Shown one piece after another: positions 51,791 to 64,000 of a stretch of 64,000 nt of DNA (positions within the stretch are counted from its first letter, which is position 1; each line of letters begins with the position of its first letter). The notes under the pieces were generated by a model. The model had not been told where the DNA came from. It searched no databases and saw only the letters and a program-made list of their open reading frames with translations. A program made the translations under genes and the position numbers. This DNA is from Octopus sinensis (Eukaryota). The stretch covers positions 42,904,001-42,968,000 of the forward strand of contig NC_043007.1 in the NCBI RefSeq assembly GCF_006345805.1, in the 5' to 3' direction.

Positions 51791-54041
51791 TAAGACAATA
51801 GAAAGTAATCTAAGAACATCTGCATGGTCACATGACCTGCTGGAAATACCTACCAACTATCTCTCAAATCATGTCCTCCATCTTAAATAAAGATTTTGAC
51901 ATACACCTAACTATATGAGATGATCGTGGTCAGAATATCTTTGTAGGTCTTCTCTATTGAGGCTGACTTAGAGCTATGCAATAACAATCTATTGTTGCAC
52001 CTAGTGCCTCCATGGCTGGATTTTACTGGTCTGTATTGATTTTGTTTAACTGCTATGGCTGTGCTAAAATTATAGATTTGGATACTGTTAGCACAAATGC
52101 CTTTTACCAACTGAAGGAGAAACATCAGCTTTGTTTGGGGCTTTTTTTTTCTTCTTTTGCTGGTCAGCCAGAATTATGTACCTTGTTTGTGTGACTAACA
52201 TAACTTTTGCCCACAACATTTTTTTTCTTCTACATTCTGTTTTTATGCTTGCAAAGATAGTATGGTATAGTATACCATTCACTAGGTGTGAAACTATTTT
52301 TTTTTTCAGTCAAATAATCACATGAATAAGCAAATTATGTGATTTCACAACTGCTGAATGCAACAGCTGCGATCAATAACATAAGACATTGTTTTCACAA
52401 TTATTGATTTTTTACCAATGGTGGTAGTTTTTTTAACAGTGGTTGATAAAGCAGTCAGGTAATCATGAACAAGCAAAATTTTTTGACTTTTTCAATAACT
52501 GAATACAACAGCTGCAATGACCACCACCACCATCATCATCATCTGGAACAATTGGTTTTTTTTATTATTGCAAGTAGCAGTTGTTTAACTTCAGGTTAGC
52601 CCTGATAAAGTAGATCTATGATCAAGTGTGTTCCAGCTGTCACCAAGTCATCCAAATTTAGACAGTGTATTTAGGACTACATTTCTGTTTTAAGAGAGTA
52701 GGGTGTGATTTGAGAAAGATTTGTTTGCTTTTTCTTACAGATTGAACAATTGTGTAGAGCAGTGCTCAGGATTGTCTTACCATCATTATAGGTCCATAGG
52801 CTAATTAATGCACTGAACCCAATAGTAAATATTTATTGACAGCAAACCAGAGTATTTACAGATTAGAATTGGACCCCTAGACCTGTGAGGACCTGGGCAA
52901 CTGTCCAGTGTGCCCATGCTTAAAGACAGTACAGGCATTATTTCTTAAATGATGTACCACTATACAGAGGTATGTGGGCAAGGAATACTCCTAAGTGCAG
53001 AAAGTTAAGGAAGAGAGAAAGGTGGCATTATCTTCATAAAAATTGCTATTATTTGCATAAATTGGATGTTACAATAAAAAAGTGATTGAGGTATTAAAAA
53101 GAATGTGGGAGATTGGAACATGTTAAAGTTGATAGTACTGAATGGAGAGAACTGTGTCAACACACTCCACTGGAGCAAAATGTTTGACAGGTAATTTCCA
53201 ATGTGAAAAATACAAAATGAATGGAGCCCATTGTAAGCAATATAACCAGCAGGTTCTCATGCCAGATATGCATTTCAAAACTGTTGCTTATGTGAAGGGT
53301 TATAGCATTGTTTTTTCCAAAGTTCTCAAGTGCAAGACACCTCCAATGCCTTATGTTGGAGAGCAAGAGTTGACAGATCTAGCATTATAGAAACAGTACC
53401 GAGGAAGAAGAGTGATAACGGAAGTGATTGATAGTGGCAAGTTTGATAGGTCAGTAGTTGTCATGGTCAAATAGAATGGACTTCATGAGTATGGGATATA
53501 TTGTAGCAATGGCTCCATAGATTTACCTAGATTCTGTTATATCTGAAGAACAGCTGCTAGCTATGAAAGTAATAGGGGAGAGACTGTTGGGACTAGTTGC
53601 TTTGTTGGGTCAGAGTGATAAGAGAATTCTTCATGTATATTTTCTGATATTTCTTGCAAGTTATGTGTTCATGTAGAAGTTCCTTCATATGCCTGTAGGT
53701 TCATATGTTGAATGAGAGAAGGAAAGTGTGGATGAATTTTGTTTTGTGTGTGTAATGTGAAGTTGGAAGCACAGTGATATCAAACGTAGTGGCTTAAATT
53801 ATAGGGCTGCTTCTGATGAAAAGTCAAGGGTAGGTTCAATTCAGCAAAGTTTCTGGAGTCCCTTTTGGCAAGTAACTTGAAGGTTCAGCTGCTGAACTTT
53901 GTTTAAAAAAGTAAATAAATGAAATGAGACAAATTTTTTTTTCTTGAAAGAAGTTCTACAAATAATAGATGTGTACAAACAATTCCAGCAACAAAATTCT
54001 TGATAAAAATTGTAAACTTTTCATTTTGTTTTTTGTTTCAG

Positions 54042-54116
54042 ATTGAATCAACTATGTTCTGCTCTCTATTAGATAAAGCTGATGAATATGGAGTGATGCC
54101 AGTTTCTGCAGATTGA
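54042..54116 (+). CDS. ERLEC1: ERLEC1 exon 14 (terminal)
   Basis: IESTMFCSLLDKADEYGVMPVSAD-stop resembles VESPVICKILDTADENGLL; joined CDS 1422 nt = 473 aa + stop, no KDEL-type signal. Confidence 0.94.
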   Translation: MESTMFCSLLDKADEYGVMPVSAD

Positions 54117-54224
54117 AGCAGTATTATTAGTGTTGGAAACTAAAATATTTTTATACATTAAAAAAAAAATCTATAAAAACGATGTATTGTTTCATTTTAT
54201 TTGCATTACATAGATACATAAGGG

Positions 54225-54520
54225 CATGGCTATGTGGTAAGAAGTTTGCCTCTCAACAACATGGTTCCAGGTACAGTCCCTCTGTGTGGCGCTTTGGATA
54301 GGTGTCTTCTACTATAACCTTGGGCCAACTAAAGCCTTTTGAATGGATTTGGTAGATGAAAGAAGCCTATTATGTATATGTATGTGTATGTGTGTTTGTC
54401 TCTAACCAGTGTTGGTGTGTCCCCATAACTTAGCAGTTCAACAAAAGAGACTGATAGAATAAGTACCAGGCTTTACAAAATAAGTATTGGGATTGAGTCG
54501 TTCAACTAGAATTCTTCAAG
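54225..54520 (+). mobile_element. tRNA-derived SINE (family A)
   Basis: ggcatggctatgtggtaagaag..ggttccaggtacagtccc..gtcttctactata..ggatttggtagatg. Confidence 0.8.
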
Positions 54521-54967
54521 TAAATGATTTTTCTAAGTTATACTTCTAGCATCTCTTTCTAGGAGTGATGTATGTAACAGTGAATTCTGAGAGCTCACTA
54601 CCACAAAGCATCACCAAGAAATATGATGCTTTGTGGTAGTGAAACTTTGACAGTGAAATCTCTTTGTTTAGTTCCATGTCAGCCTTGGTCAAGCAGATCT
54701 ATTATTAGAAGTATTCTAACTGTGACTATCCTTTCTTTTTATGATATCTAGGACTATATTATCCAATATGTCCTGTCCATTTTCTGATATTTCTTACAAG
54801 TTATGTGTTCATGTAGAAGTTCCTTCATATGCCTGTAGGTTCATGGTGGTCACAGAAGAAGTGGGCTAGGTGAACTCAGTTGGAACAAGACAATTGCTGT
54901 TTTGGTGCACTTATGTTTAGTGGTGTAGATCCCAACAATATTTGGGGCTAATATGAATATTAAAACT

Positions 54968-55140
54968 TGGGTGGCAAGCTGGCATAATCATGCTGAGCAG
55001 AATTTCATCCATCTTTACATTCTGAGTTCAAATTCCACTGAGGTCGACTTTACCTTTCATTTTGGGGTCAATTGAACATTGAGGTCAGTGTAATCGACTT
55101 AACTCTGAAACTGCTGGTCTTATGCCAAAATTTGAAACCA
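54968..55140 (+). mobile_element. tRNA-derived SINE (family B)
   Basis: ggtggcaagctggca..ctgagttcaaattcc..gaggtcgacttt-cctttcat. Confidence 0.75.
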
Positions 55141-55758
55141 ATATGAATATTGAGACTGCTGGGATAGTTTCAATATAATGACATTGTAATAATATTCCTG
55201 AGTGTTCAAGACCCTGTTTGGGGTAATTAAACATGGAATGTAGATTACAGCCTAAAGTCAACCCTAATTAAGAAAACTGATGACTAAAGTATTAAAATAA
55301 TTACTGAGATTAGCAAAACACTGGCATTATACTAAATTCCAAAAATATGAGGTTTTTTTTTCACAGAGTAGTAGGAATTTATGTATCCCTGACTCTTTAT
55401 TAATATGTCCACATCCTCCCAGTGTGGTACTAATAATAAACATTATGTACAAACCTAGACACATCTTGATATGTCTTCTAAAAGGGTGGTGATTCAACTG
55501 AAATTACGACATATAAACTGATATATCCCGTTTGTTTTATCACTTCATACTTGACTGTGTAGCATTGTAAATATGCAAGCTTGGCTGTGTGGCTAAGAAT
55601 TTCATTTTGCAACTACATAGTTCCAGATTCAATCTCACTGCATAGCACATCAGATGTCTTCCACCATTGCCTTATGCAATACATATATAAATGTGAACGT
55701 AAAACAAATTGTTCACTTTTTTGAGAGATGACTAAAAAGAAAGTACCTTATTTCAGTT

Positions 55759-56866
55759 TAGAGGTGTTATCAAAAAGTTCCCGGACTAGTTCTGTAGTGT
55801 GTCAAGTCACTCAGTTGCATGTATAGTGAGAGCTTCTAGTAACCTTCATGAGGCAGTGTACTGAGTGACATTGCTGTGTTTACTTCACAAGTTGCGAAAT
55901 TTGTGATCACATGTATGCTGTAGTCTTTGATTTTTGTCATGGACAGAAAGTTGGAACACAGAGCCAACGTGAAATTTTGTTAAACTTGGGAAGTCTGCTA
56001 GAGACATTGAGCATGCGTATGGTGATGAAGCAGCAGTCATCACAATCAAAGAGCTTTTCATCTTCATGACTGAAGAAGGCACAAAAGAGTCACAGCTCAA
56101 TCAAGTGCATGCTCATCATTTTTTTTTATAAATGCGGTGTAGTGCATCAAGAATTTGTCCCTCAGGACCAGATCGTCAATCAAGGGTACCACTGCAACAT
56201 TTTGAAGAGTTTGGGGGAAGATATTTGGTGAAAGCAACCGGATTTGTGGAGCATGAAGATTTAGATTCTTCATGATGACAATGGACCCTGTCAGAGCTCT
56301 CCTCACCAAAAACATGGTATTACTTCCACACCCACCCTCTTCACCAGATTTAGCACCTGCAGACTTCCATCACTTTCCCAAGAAGAAAATGCAGCTAAAA
56401 AGTTGCCATTCTTCTTCAGGCTCTTTATGAGTTCAATTTCCCTTCCCAGGGAGGAAATTTGAACTTATAAAAGCATTAGGGCTGATGTAATCGAATTGCT
56501 CCTCCCCATAAAATTTCAGGCCTTGCCCCTACAGTAGAAAGTGCACCTGCTTTACGGACACCTCAGGTTACAGGATTTCATGCTTAGCGAAATTGCAAAG
56601 TATGACCATTAATTCTGGGATACGGTCTGTAATTTCGCTCTTGCGGAGACTCGTATTGCGTTGTTTTAAATTAACACTGTTGTCGAGATCCAGAGTGTAT
56701 CATAAAAGATCCTCAACTTCCAGGACAGATTCCAAAAGTGGCAGGAACCCTGGGACTGGTGTATTGTTGTGCAAGGTGACTATTTCAAAGGGGATGATGT
56801 TAAAACTTAGGTAAATAAGTTTTTTTTTTTTATTAAACACTAATCCAGGAACTTTTTGATACATGT
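55759..56866 (+). mobile_element. decayed mariner transposon
   Basis: TIRs atcaaaaagttcccggact / aatccaggaactttttgat; MDRKLEHRANVKF, HPPSSPDLAPADF, FQKWQEPWDWCIVVQGDYF. Confidence 0.9.
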
Positions 56867-56900
56867 CTGATTTTTAATATTGCACATGCACTAGATTACA

Positions 56901-58077
56901 TATTAGGAGTCATCCCATATATAATGCATTTTTTTTACACTTATTTTTCAAAATTAAGATAAAGTCCTTTTTTTAATCTAAAATATACTCTCCTTCATTT
57001 TCTACAATGCTCTTCTATATATCTGGTAGACTTGTAAGGGCCCTCTTCCAAAATTCCCTTGTTCATGACGGAAAATACTCCTACAGTACTGTTCTGACCT
57101 TATCAACAGAATTCAGTTTTTTCCATCCAAATGATAATCAGATGGGGCAATGTCCAGCAAATATGGTGGGTGGGACATCATTTCCCATTTAAACTGCTCC
57201 AGCCTTTGGAATGTCATCCTTGCTTGTATGTGGCTGAGCATTATCCTGATGGAAGAACACCTTTTGTATTAAAACCAAAGATGGTAATTTTCTTTCTAGT
57301 GCTGACTTAAGCCGCTCACAGTAGATCTCCTTTGTTATCATTAGGTTTGGGTTTAAAAGTTCAGTGAACTAAACCAAACGTGGGTAAAAACCCTTCTTTA
57401 ACCTGGGGTTTCTCCTTTCCCTACCCACTATCTTCAGCACTCAACATTTTTATTGAGAACCCATTTCTAATAACCAGTCACTATTTGGTCCAAAAAACGT
57501 TCATTCATGAGGTGTGACAGCAAAGAAGAGCACTCATTCACTCTCTGCATGTGATTAGGCTCAGCAAGTTTATAAGGAACCCATTGACCCAAATTGCTGA
57601 CTTTTCTGACAGCACACAGGCATTGATGAATGGTTGAATGACCAAATCCAAGCTTCTCTGCTAGTTCCCCTACAGTTACAATGGGATTTTGTTCCACCAG
57701 GGTTTGCAGAACGTCCTCAAGCTCGACAGATCTTCCAGGATGAGGCTCATCTTCTAAGCTGTAGTTTCTGGAACCACTGTTGGCACTGGCTTACGTTTAT
57801 TGTCTGATCCCCATATACTGCATTAATATTCCTTGCACTTCCATTGTGTTGTTGCCTTTATTGAACTCATAAAGCACAATATGCTCCTTTGTCACTTCTA
57901 TTATAGCTTTGGAAAAATAACCATTAAAAGCAAACTGCACTCTTCAAAACTTGCATTAAGAATAAGTACAAAGTATAATTACTACCTGCTTTCATAGTAA
58001 GTTGCAGGTTATCCCATCCCCCTCTGACTTTTAGTTCATGCAATTGAAAAAAACCACATTTATGGGACGACCCAATA
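56901..58077 (-). mobile_element. decayed mariner transposon (second family)
   Basis: TIRs tattaggagtcatcccata / tatgggacgacccaata; GQWVPYKL, DQIVTG, FHQDNAQPH, HPPYLLDIAPSDYHL. Confidence 0.92.
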
Positions 58078-58344
58078 TGCGTGTGTATATGTATATATAA
58101 TTTAGTTGTCGCTAATTGTGACTATGTGCTAGAAACAAAGAGTTAAACTACTTACAGCTGCATAAAAGTACATTTCCATATACTGACAGGGTAGATAACT
58201 GTTCCATGAGCAAAGCAAAGCTAGAACAATGGACTACATTGTTTCATCCTAATGGGAATTGCCAACAGTGGAGCCTGTATTGCTTCCATAGAACTAATTT
58301 TCTCTGTCAGTATATATATTTATGGCTGAATTAGAAAAATGTCA

Positions 58345-58830
58345 ACAAGATGGTGGAATAGTGAAGACAGTACCACAGAGGAAAGAAACAGACATGGGAG
58401 GACTGGAAGAATGGGGCATAGCAGCGAACTATAGGTAGCTAAAAGAGAAACTAGGAAACAAGTATATTTAGCTAAAGGAAAAGCATAAAAGAAGATTGCC
58501 CATGTTCTGTGGTATGAGGTGTCCTGGATTGCAAGACAGTGTATCAGAGAGAAGTATGTCCAGATGGATGATAGTACACTTGCATTTAGTGACTCTGAAA
58601 AGAAAGAGGCATAAAAGTGTCCCTATGAAAGACTGCTAAATGTGGAGAATATATGGTAAAAGGATAGTCTTCCTAATATGGACCCAACAGAGGCATTGGC
58701 TATCAGAGTTGACAGCTGTATTGTAGATAAGGCTATTAAGGATATGGACACAGAAAGCCTCTGGCTCATCAGGAACTACTGCCGAGATGCTTGAAATATC
58801 TGTTGAGTGGGACATGACCTAGTCTATACG
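58345..58830 (+). mobile_element. old RTE linker fragment
   Basis: similar to 12985-13500 and 30520-31000. Confidence 0.75.
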
Positions 58831-58834
58831 TAAT

Positions 58835-58975
58835 GAGGTTCTTGATGAAAGTTGACGCTCTGAAAACGGGTTTATTTATGGATGGATAAAATTCTGTAAC
58901 ATCAAATGGAGTCAATTTGTAGCTGTTTGTCAAAATACTGCTAAAGTATTTCATTATGGATATACTATTGTTCAA
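58835..58975 (-). mobile_element. Penelope-like RT fragment
   Basis: FDVTEFYPSI, the PLE RT motif FD-x-x-FYPSI. Confidence 0.6.
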
Positions 58976-59080
58976 AATTTGATTGTAAAAAATAAAATTA
59001 CATCTTTTGTGAATGAAACTAATATAATAGCATAAATTATTTTATAAAATAAAAAGCTGAAAACTTCAAAATAAAATGTA

Positions 59081-59086
59081 TTTATT
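59081..59086 (-). promoter_or_regulatory. candidate polyadenylation signal of TRMT61A
   Basis: AATAAA about 20 nt after the stop codon on the - strand; AT-rich context weakens the call. Confidence 0.4.
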
Positions 59087-59104
59087 TTAGTATATGCATA
59101 TATG

Positions 59105-59535
59105 TCATAGATAGAGAGAAGCAAATGTTAGATATCCTGTATGGCCTGGCATCGTAGTTGGAGGTACACCACTTTTGACCTGGAAATAATCTTTTGTTTT
59201 ACGTCCAACCAAATCATAACTGTAAAAAGTATCGTTATTATCTGCACTTTTACATTCTTTATCAGTCTGTTGTTTTTCAAGTTCATTATTTTCTTGTAAA
59301 CTGTTTTCTAAACATTTGATCTTATTTTCTGTAGTACTCTCACTTTTGTTTGTTAACATGGTGTTTTCATCTTCTATACCGCCAAGACAAGGTATTGGAA
59401 TGTTTATTGTTCGAACATCAAAATTCCGTACCAGACATTCAACAGTTGAACAGTCTTCAAAACCATTTTCTCTTAATACTTCATGTGACTTTTGGACTTG
59501 CTCAATACATGGAGAAAATGTACATATTCTTCCAC
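59105..59535 (-). CDS. TRMT61A: TRMT61A coding exon 3 (terminal)
   Basis: GGRICTFSPCIEQVQKS...MPGHTGYLTFASLYL-stop; joined CDS 1026 nt = 341 aa + stop. Confidence 0.95.
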
Positions 59536-60126
59536 CTAAATAAATATAAAAGCAGAAATTCAGAAACTCTAAGAATAAACATTATTCATATATACATGCA
59601 TGTATACATGTTTAGCAGGAAATTTTATATATAATACCAAGTTACATCTGGTTAAGTGTATTAAGAGATAAGATATTAAACATTTATTCATTTTTGATTC
59701 TGCTTCTGATGTTACACACACTTTGAAAAAGAACATTTAATTCTTAAATATTTCAGTAATTCATCCTGCATTGATCTCTCCCTATTCTAACAATTGAATT
59801 CAACACTGAAAGCTAAAAATTGTCTTGAATCAATATTTTTTTAATAGTTGTCAAATTGTATAACTACATGATCTTGGTAGAACCTGAGAAACAGGTGATG
59901 GAAGTGATGATGGGAAGTACAGTCAGAAGAACACAAACTGTAACTTGAGTGCATTCAAGGCTGAAATATTTGAAGAACAAGTTCAGTCCACCCAAAAGGC
60001 TTGTGTTGTTTTCATCTTTCAATTTCATTCAGATTGCAGCATATAGAACATAAATACCCAAAGTATCATGCAGTGGAAACAAACCCGTGACTACATGATC
60101 ATGAAGCAAACTTCTTACCTACACTA

Positions 60127-60597
<471 letters not shown>

Positions 60598-62436
60598 TTA
60601 CTTATTGAATTAGAATAAATGGCTGAGTATTCCACAGCAATTATACAGCTAAAGTAAACCTTGGGAAAATCAGAATTACAAGTGAAGTCTATTCTTTGGG
60701 CTTCCACAGTTTCCATTTACCTAATTTTACTCAGGAGTTTGGAGTCAATCTGAATCTAAGGTAGAAAACACTTACCCAAGACGGCAAAATCCTTGAAGCC
60801 AGTGCCCCTGCCTAGTTACAGCAAATGTCAGTATGGTGAATCTTACACATTTTTGCTATATAGACTACATTATGTGGGAGCCACAAAATCCAGAGTTTGA
60901 TGTAATATACCCATCAGCTTGTCAATTTTTTAAAATTACTTACTGGATGAATATATTATTTAATTATTGAAAATATGCCTCTTCTGTTATAGGCAAGATT
61001 AATCAGAAAGGATGTCAACCATAGTATTTACATGGGATCAGTCACTACTTAAACCAGTTATGAGCAAACCGTGGACCACAGGACTTTATGACTAGTAACC
61101 TAACGAATACTTGAATTTTTTTAGTAGTGCAGTCTACTCGATGATGAGCCTTGTCTCGTATGGCCTGCTTTTCAAAAAAGGTTACCCCATGTCATTGGCA
61201 TCTCAAAGCTAAGAGAAGATACATGATTAATTCAAAACAACGTGAATAAATATTACATTTGATTAATCCTGATGTTGATTTTTCTTCTCTAGAAAAAAAA
61301 ATTCTAGCAGATAAGCGCTTCAGAAAGGTTAATTGTATTGCTGTGGCTGTTTAGTCTCAAGACCTAAGATCAAAGACATTCATTCGACTTTTAAATATAA
61401 ACGGAAACTACATTGTTTTTACTTGAAACTGATTTGCTTATCTACTTAATACTTTATATTACTGTTGTTGTTTGAGTTCGTGTTGATGACAGAAAATAGT
61501 TTTTCAAATCCTTAACTATACACTTTGATCTTAACTAAAACGCGAGTGGCCATTGAACTATGAAGAAAGTGTAGTTTTAAATTGTTAACAATTTAAAACA
61601 ATGCAATACGAGTTTCCGCAAGAGCGAAATTATAAACCGTATCTCAGAATTAGTGGTCATACTTTGCAATTTCGCTAAGCATGAAATCCTGTAACCTGAG
61701 GTGTCCGCAAAGCAGGTACACTTCCTACTGTAGGGGCAAGGCCTGAAATTTTATGGGGAGGAGCAATTCGATTACATCAGCCCTAATGCTTTTATAAGTT
61801 CAAATTTCCTCCCTGGGAAGGGAAATTGAACTCATAAAAAGCCTGAAGAAGTGCTGCTAAGCATTTTGTCCAATGTACTTAATAAATAACGGCAGTGAAA
61901 TACTAAATGGGTTTCGCTTATCGAAACCAGTTCCAGGACTCAGTTGAAAAATTTGAATTCTAATTTACCGATGATAATTTCTGGGCATTTTTATTGTTAT
62001 TTTTCTAAGTTTTCAACAGTGACATTACCGGATGGAGCAAAATATATTTTAGCGGCATAAAATCTTCATTGTAGCTTCAAGCCGTTTTTCTTTTGATAGG
62101 GTCAAGTCTTTCGTACATAAGTTTTAGATTTGTATTAGGTTTTCTACATCTAACATAGGAATAGGTCCCTACAACTTAGGGTAAATTTTTTATTAACTTA
62201 AATTCAGAACTTAAAAAATCCTAAATGTCCGATGCTGAAGCGATTTTGCCAACTAAATATCCCTTTTAATATCTCTCCACCTTTTTATTTCATACATTAA
62301 AAATTCGCCAAGGCACTGGTAGTGGCAAAAGAAAAACAAGAAAGACTCTAGGACGCTACAATAGCCAGCTGCTTATTTTACTTACCTTAAAAGTATGAAA
62401 AGTTCAACTAGATTGCGTTAGGATTTTAATTTTTCA

Positions 62437-62937
<501 letters not shown>

Positions 62938-63184
62938 TTACAACCGATATAGTAAAAGTAATTACATTTCTCATCAATCAAAAATTACCACTAATTCTAC
63001 CGTAAACGGACAACGCTGACGGAATTTACCAAACAGAAGCTGAGTATAATTGTACGCTGTACATATGGGTTGCTCTGAAGTGTCTGATTGTGCTGCACTG
63101 TCTGAGGTGATCAATAAACACTAAATTCTATTTTCATACATAGCATATAAACATATACAGGCAATCTTTCGTCTCTAGTAGACC

Positions 63185-63871
63185 TTTCCGTCGATTTCCG
63201 TAAAATTTTTTTTTTTTTTACATATGAGCTTGCGGGAACTTTTGAAGTAATGAGAGCGAAAGAGACTAAGAGAAAGCGATTGTATGACGAGGGAAGTTCT
63301 TTTGAAGTTACCGTGCATGTGAAGCATTGATGTACATGTGTGTGTGTGTGTGTGTTTGATGGGGTGTGGGAGACAGACAGTATGTTGTGTAAGTGAAGTG
63401 CTTCTGTTAGTGTGTGTGAAGAGATAGAGTAATGTGTGAAAAAAAGAGATAACTGAAATTTTTTACTCGGTGTATGTGTATATGGGCGAAGTTTCGCATG
63501 TCGTAGCACAGATTTCCGTCGATTTCCGTAAAAAACTTTTATTTTTTTACATAAGTAATGAGAGCGAAAGAGACTAAGAGGAAGCGATTTTACGACGAGA
63601 AGGTTTCTCTTTGAAATCGGCCTGTGTGTGTTTGATGGGGTGTGGGAGACAGACAGTATGTTGTGTAAGTGAAGTGCTTCTGTTAGTGTGTGCGAAGAGA
63701 CAGAGAGAGTAATGTGTGAAAGAGAGAGATAACTGATTTTTTACTCGGTGTATGTGTATATGTATGTATGCATGTATGTGTGTGTGTGTGTATGTATCTA
63801 TGTATGTGTGTGTGTATGTATGTATATTACTTCAAAAGTTCCCGCAAGCCCATATGTAAAAAAAAAAAATT
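63185..63871. mobile_element. MITE/fold-back element with internal tandem duplication upstream of TRMT61A
   Basis: about 46-bp inverted repeats 63204-63251 / 63826-63871; direct units 63185-63484 and 63513-63762. Confidence 0.75.
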
Positions 63872-64000
63872 GTTTACATTGTCATAAGATTTTACTTGCA
63901 AATCCTTAAATTAAATTAAATTCTTGGTTAATGTTTACATCTTGACCCGGAAATGAAAATCTCCCTCCACCCCAAATATACTGGAATGGGTGTAAAACAA

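Noticed and set aside
53100-53860. Possible LINE remnant on the - strand
   Set aside because: Too degraded to identify any motif with confidence
57345-57379. Imperfect hairpin inside the second mariner
   Set aside because: Reads as ordinary transposase coding sequence (ELLNPN region); coincidental

Overview
AT-rich, microsatellite- and transposon-dense eukaryotic genomic DNA; the repeat content suggests a coleoid cephalopod (Octopus-like; inference). Two protein-coding genes can be assembled by hand from splice sites and protein similarity: a 14-exon ERLEC1/XTP3-B-like ER lectin with two MRH domains on the + strand (5897-54116, 473 aa) and a 3-exon TRMT61A tRNA m1A58 methyltransferase on the - strand (62781-59105, 341 aa), arranged tail-to-tail. 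The rest is mostly decayed mobile DNA (RTE and CR1/L2-type LINEs, tRNA-derived SINEs, Penelope-like elements, a Mag/Gypsy LTR element, mariner, pogo, Helitron-like elements, MITEs). Best leads: (1) a 1453-bp spacerless palindrome in ERLEC1 intron 1 with a type I hammerhead ribozyme fold at each outer end; (2) a three-layer nest LTR > pogo > RTE in which the pogo split the YLDD motif of the LTR reverse transcriptase at its TA; (3) two short, apparently locally templated insertions (262 bp inverted, 66 bp direct); (4) SINE/LINE and PLE/RTE chimeric junctions. All alignments were made by eye; repeat boundaries are approximate unless termini are quoted.
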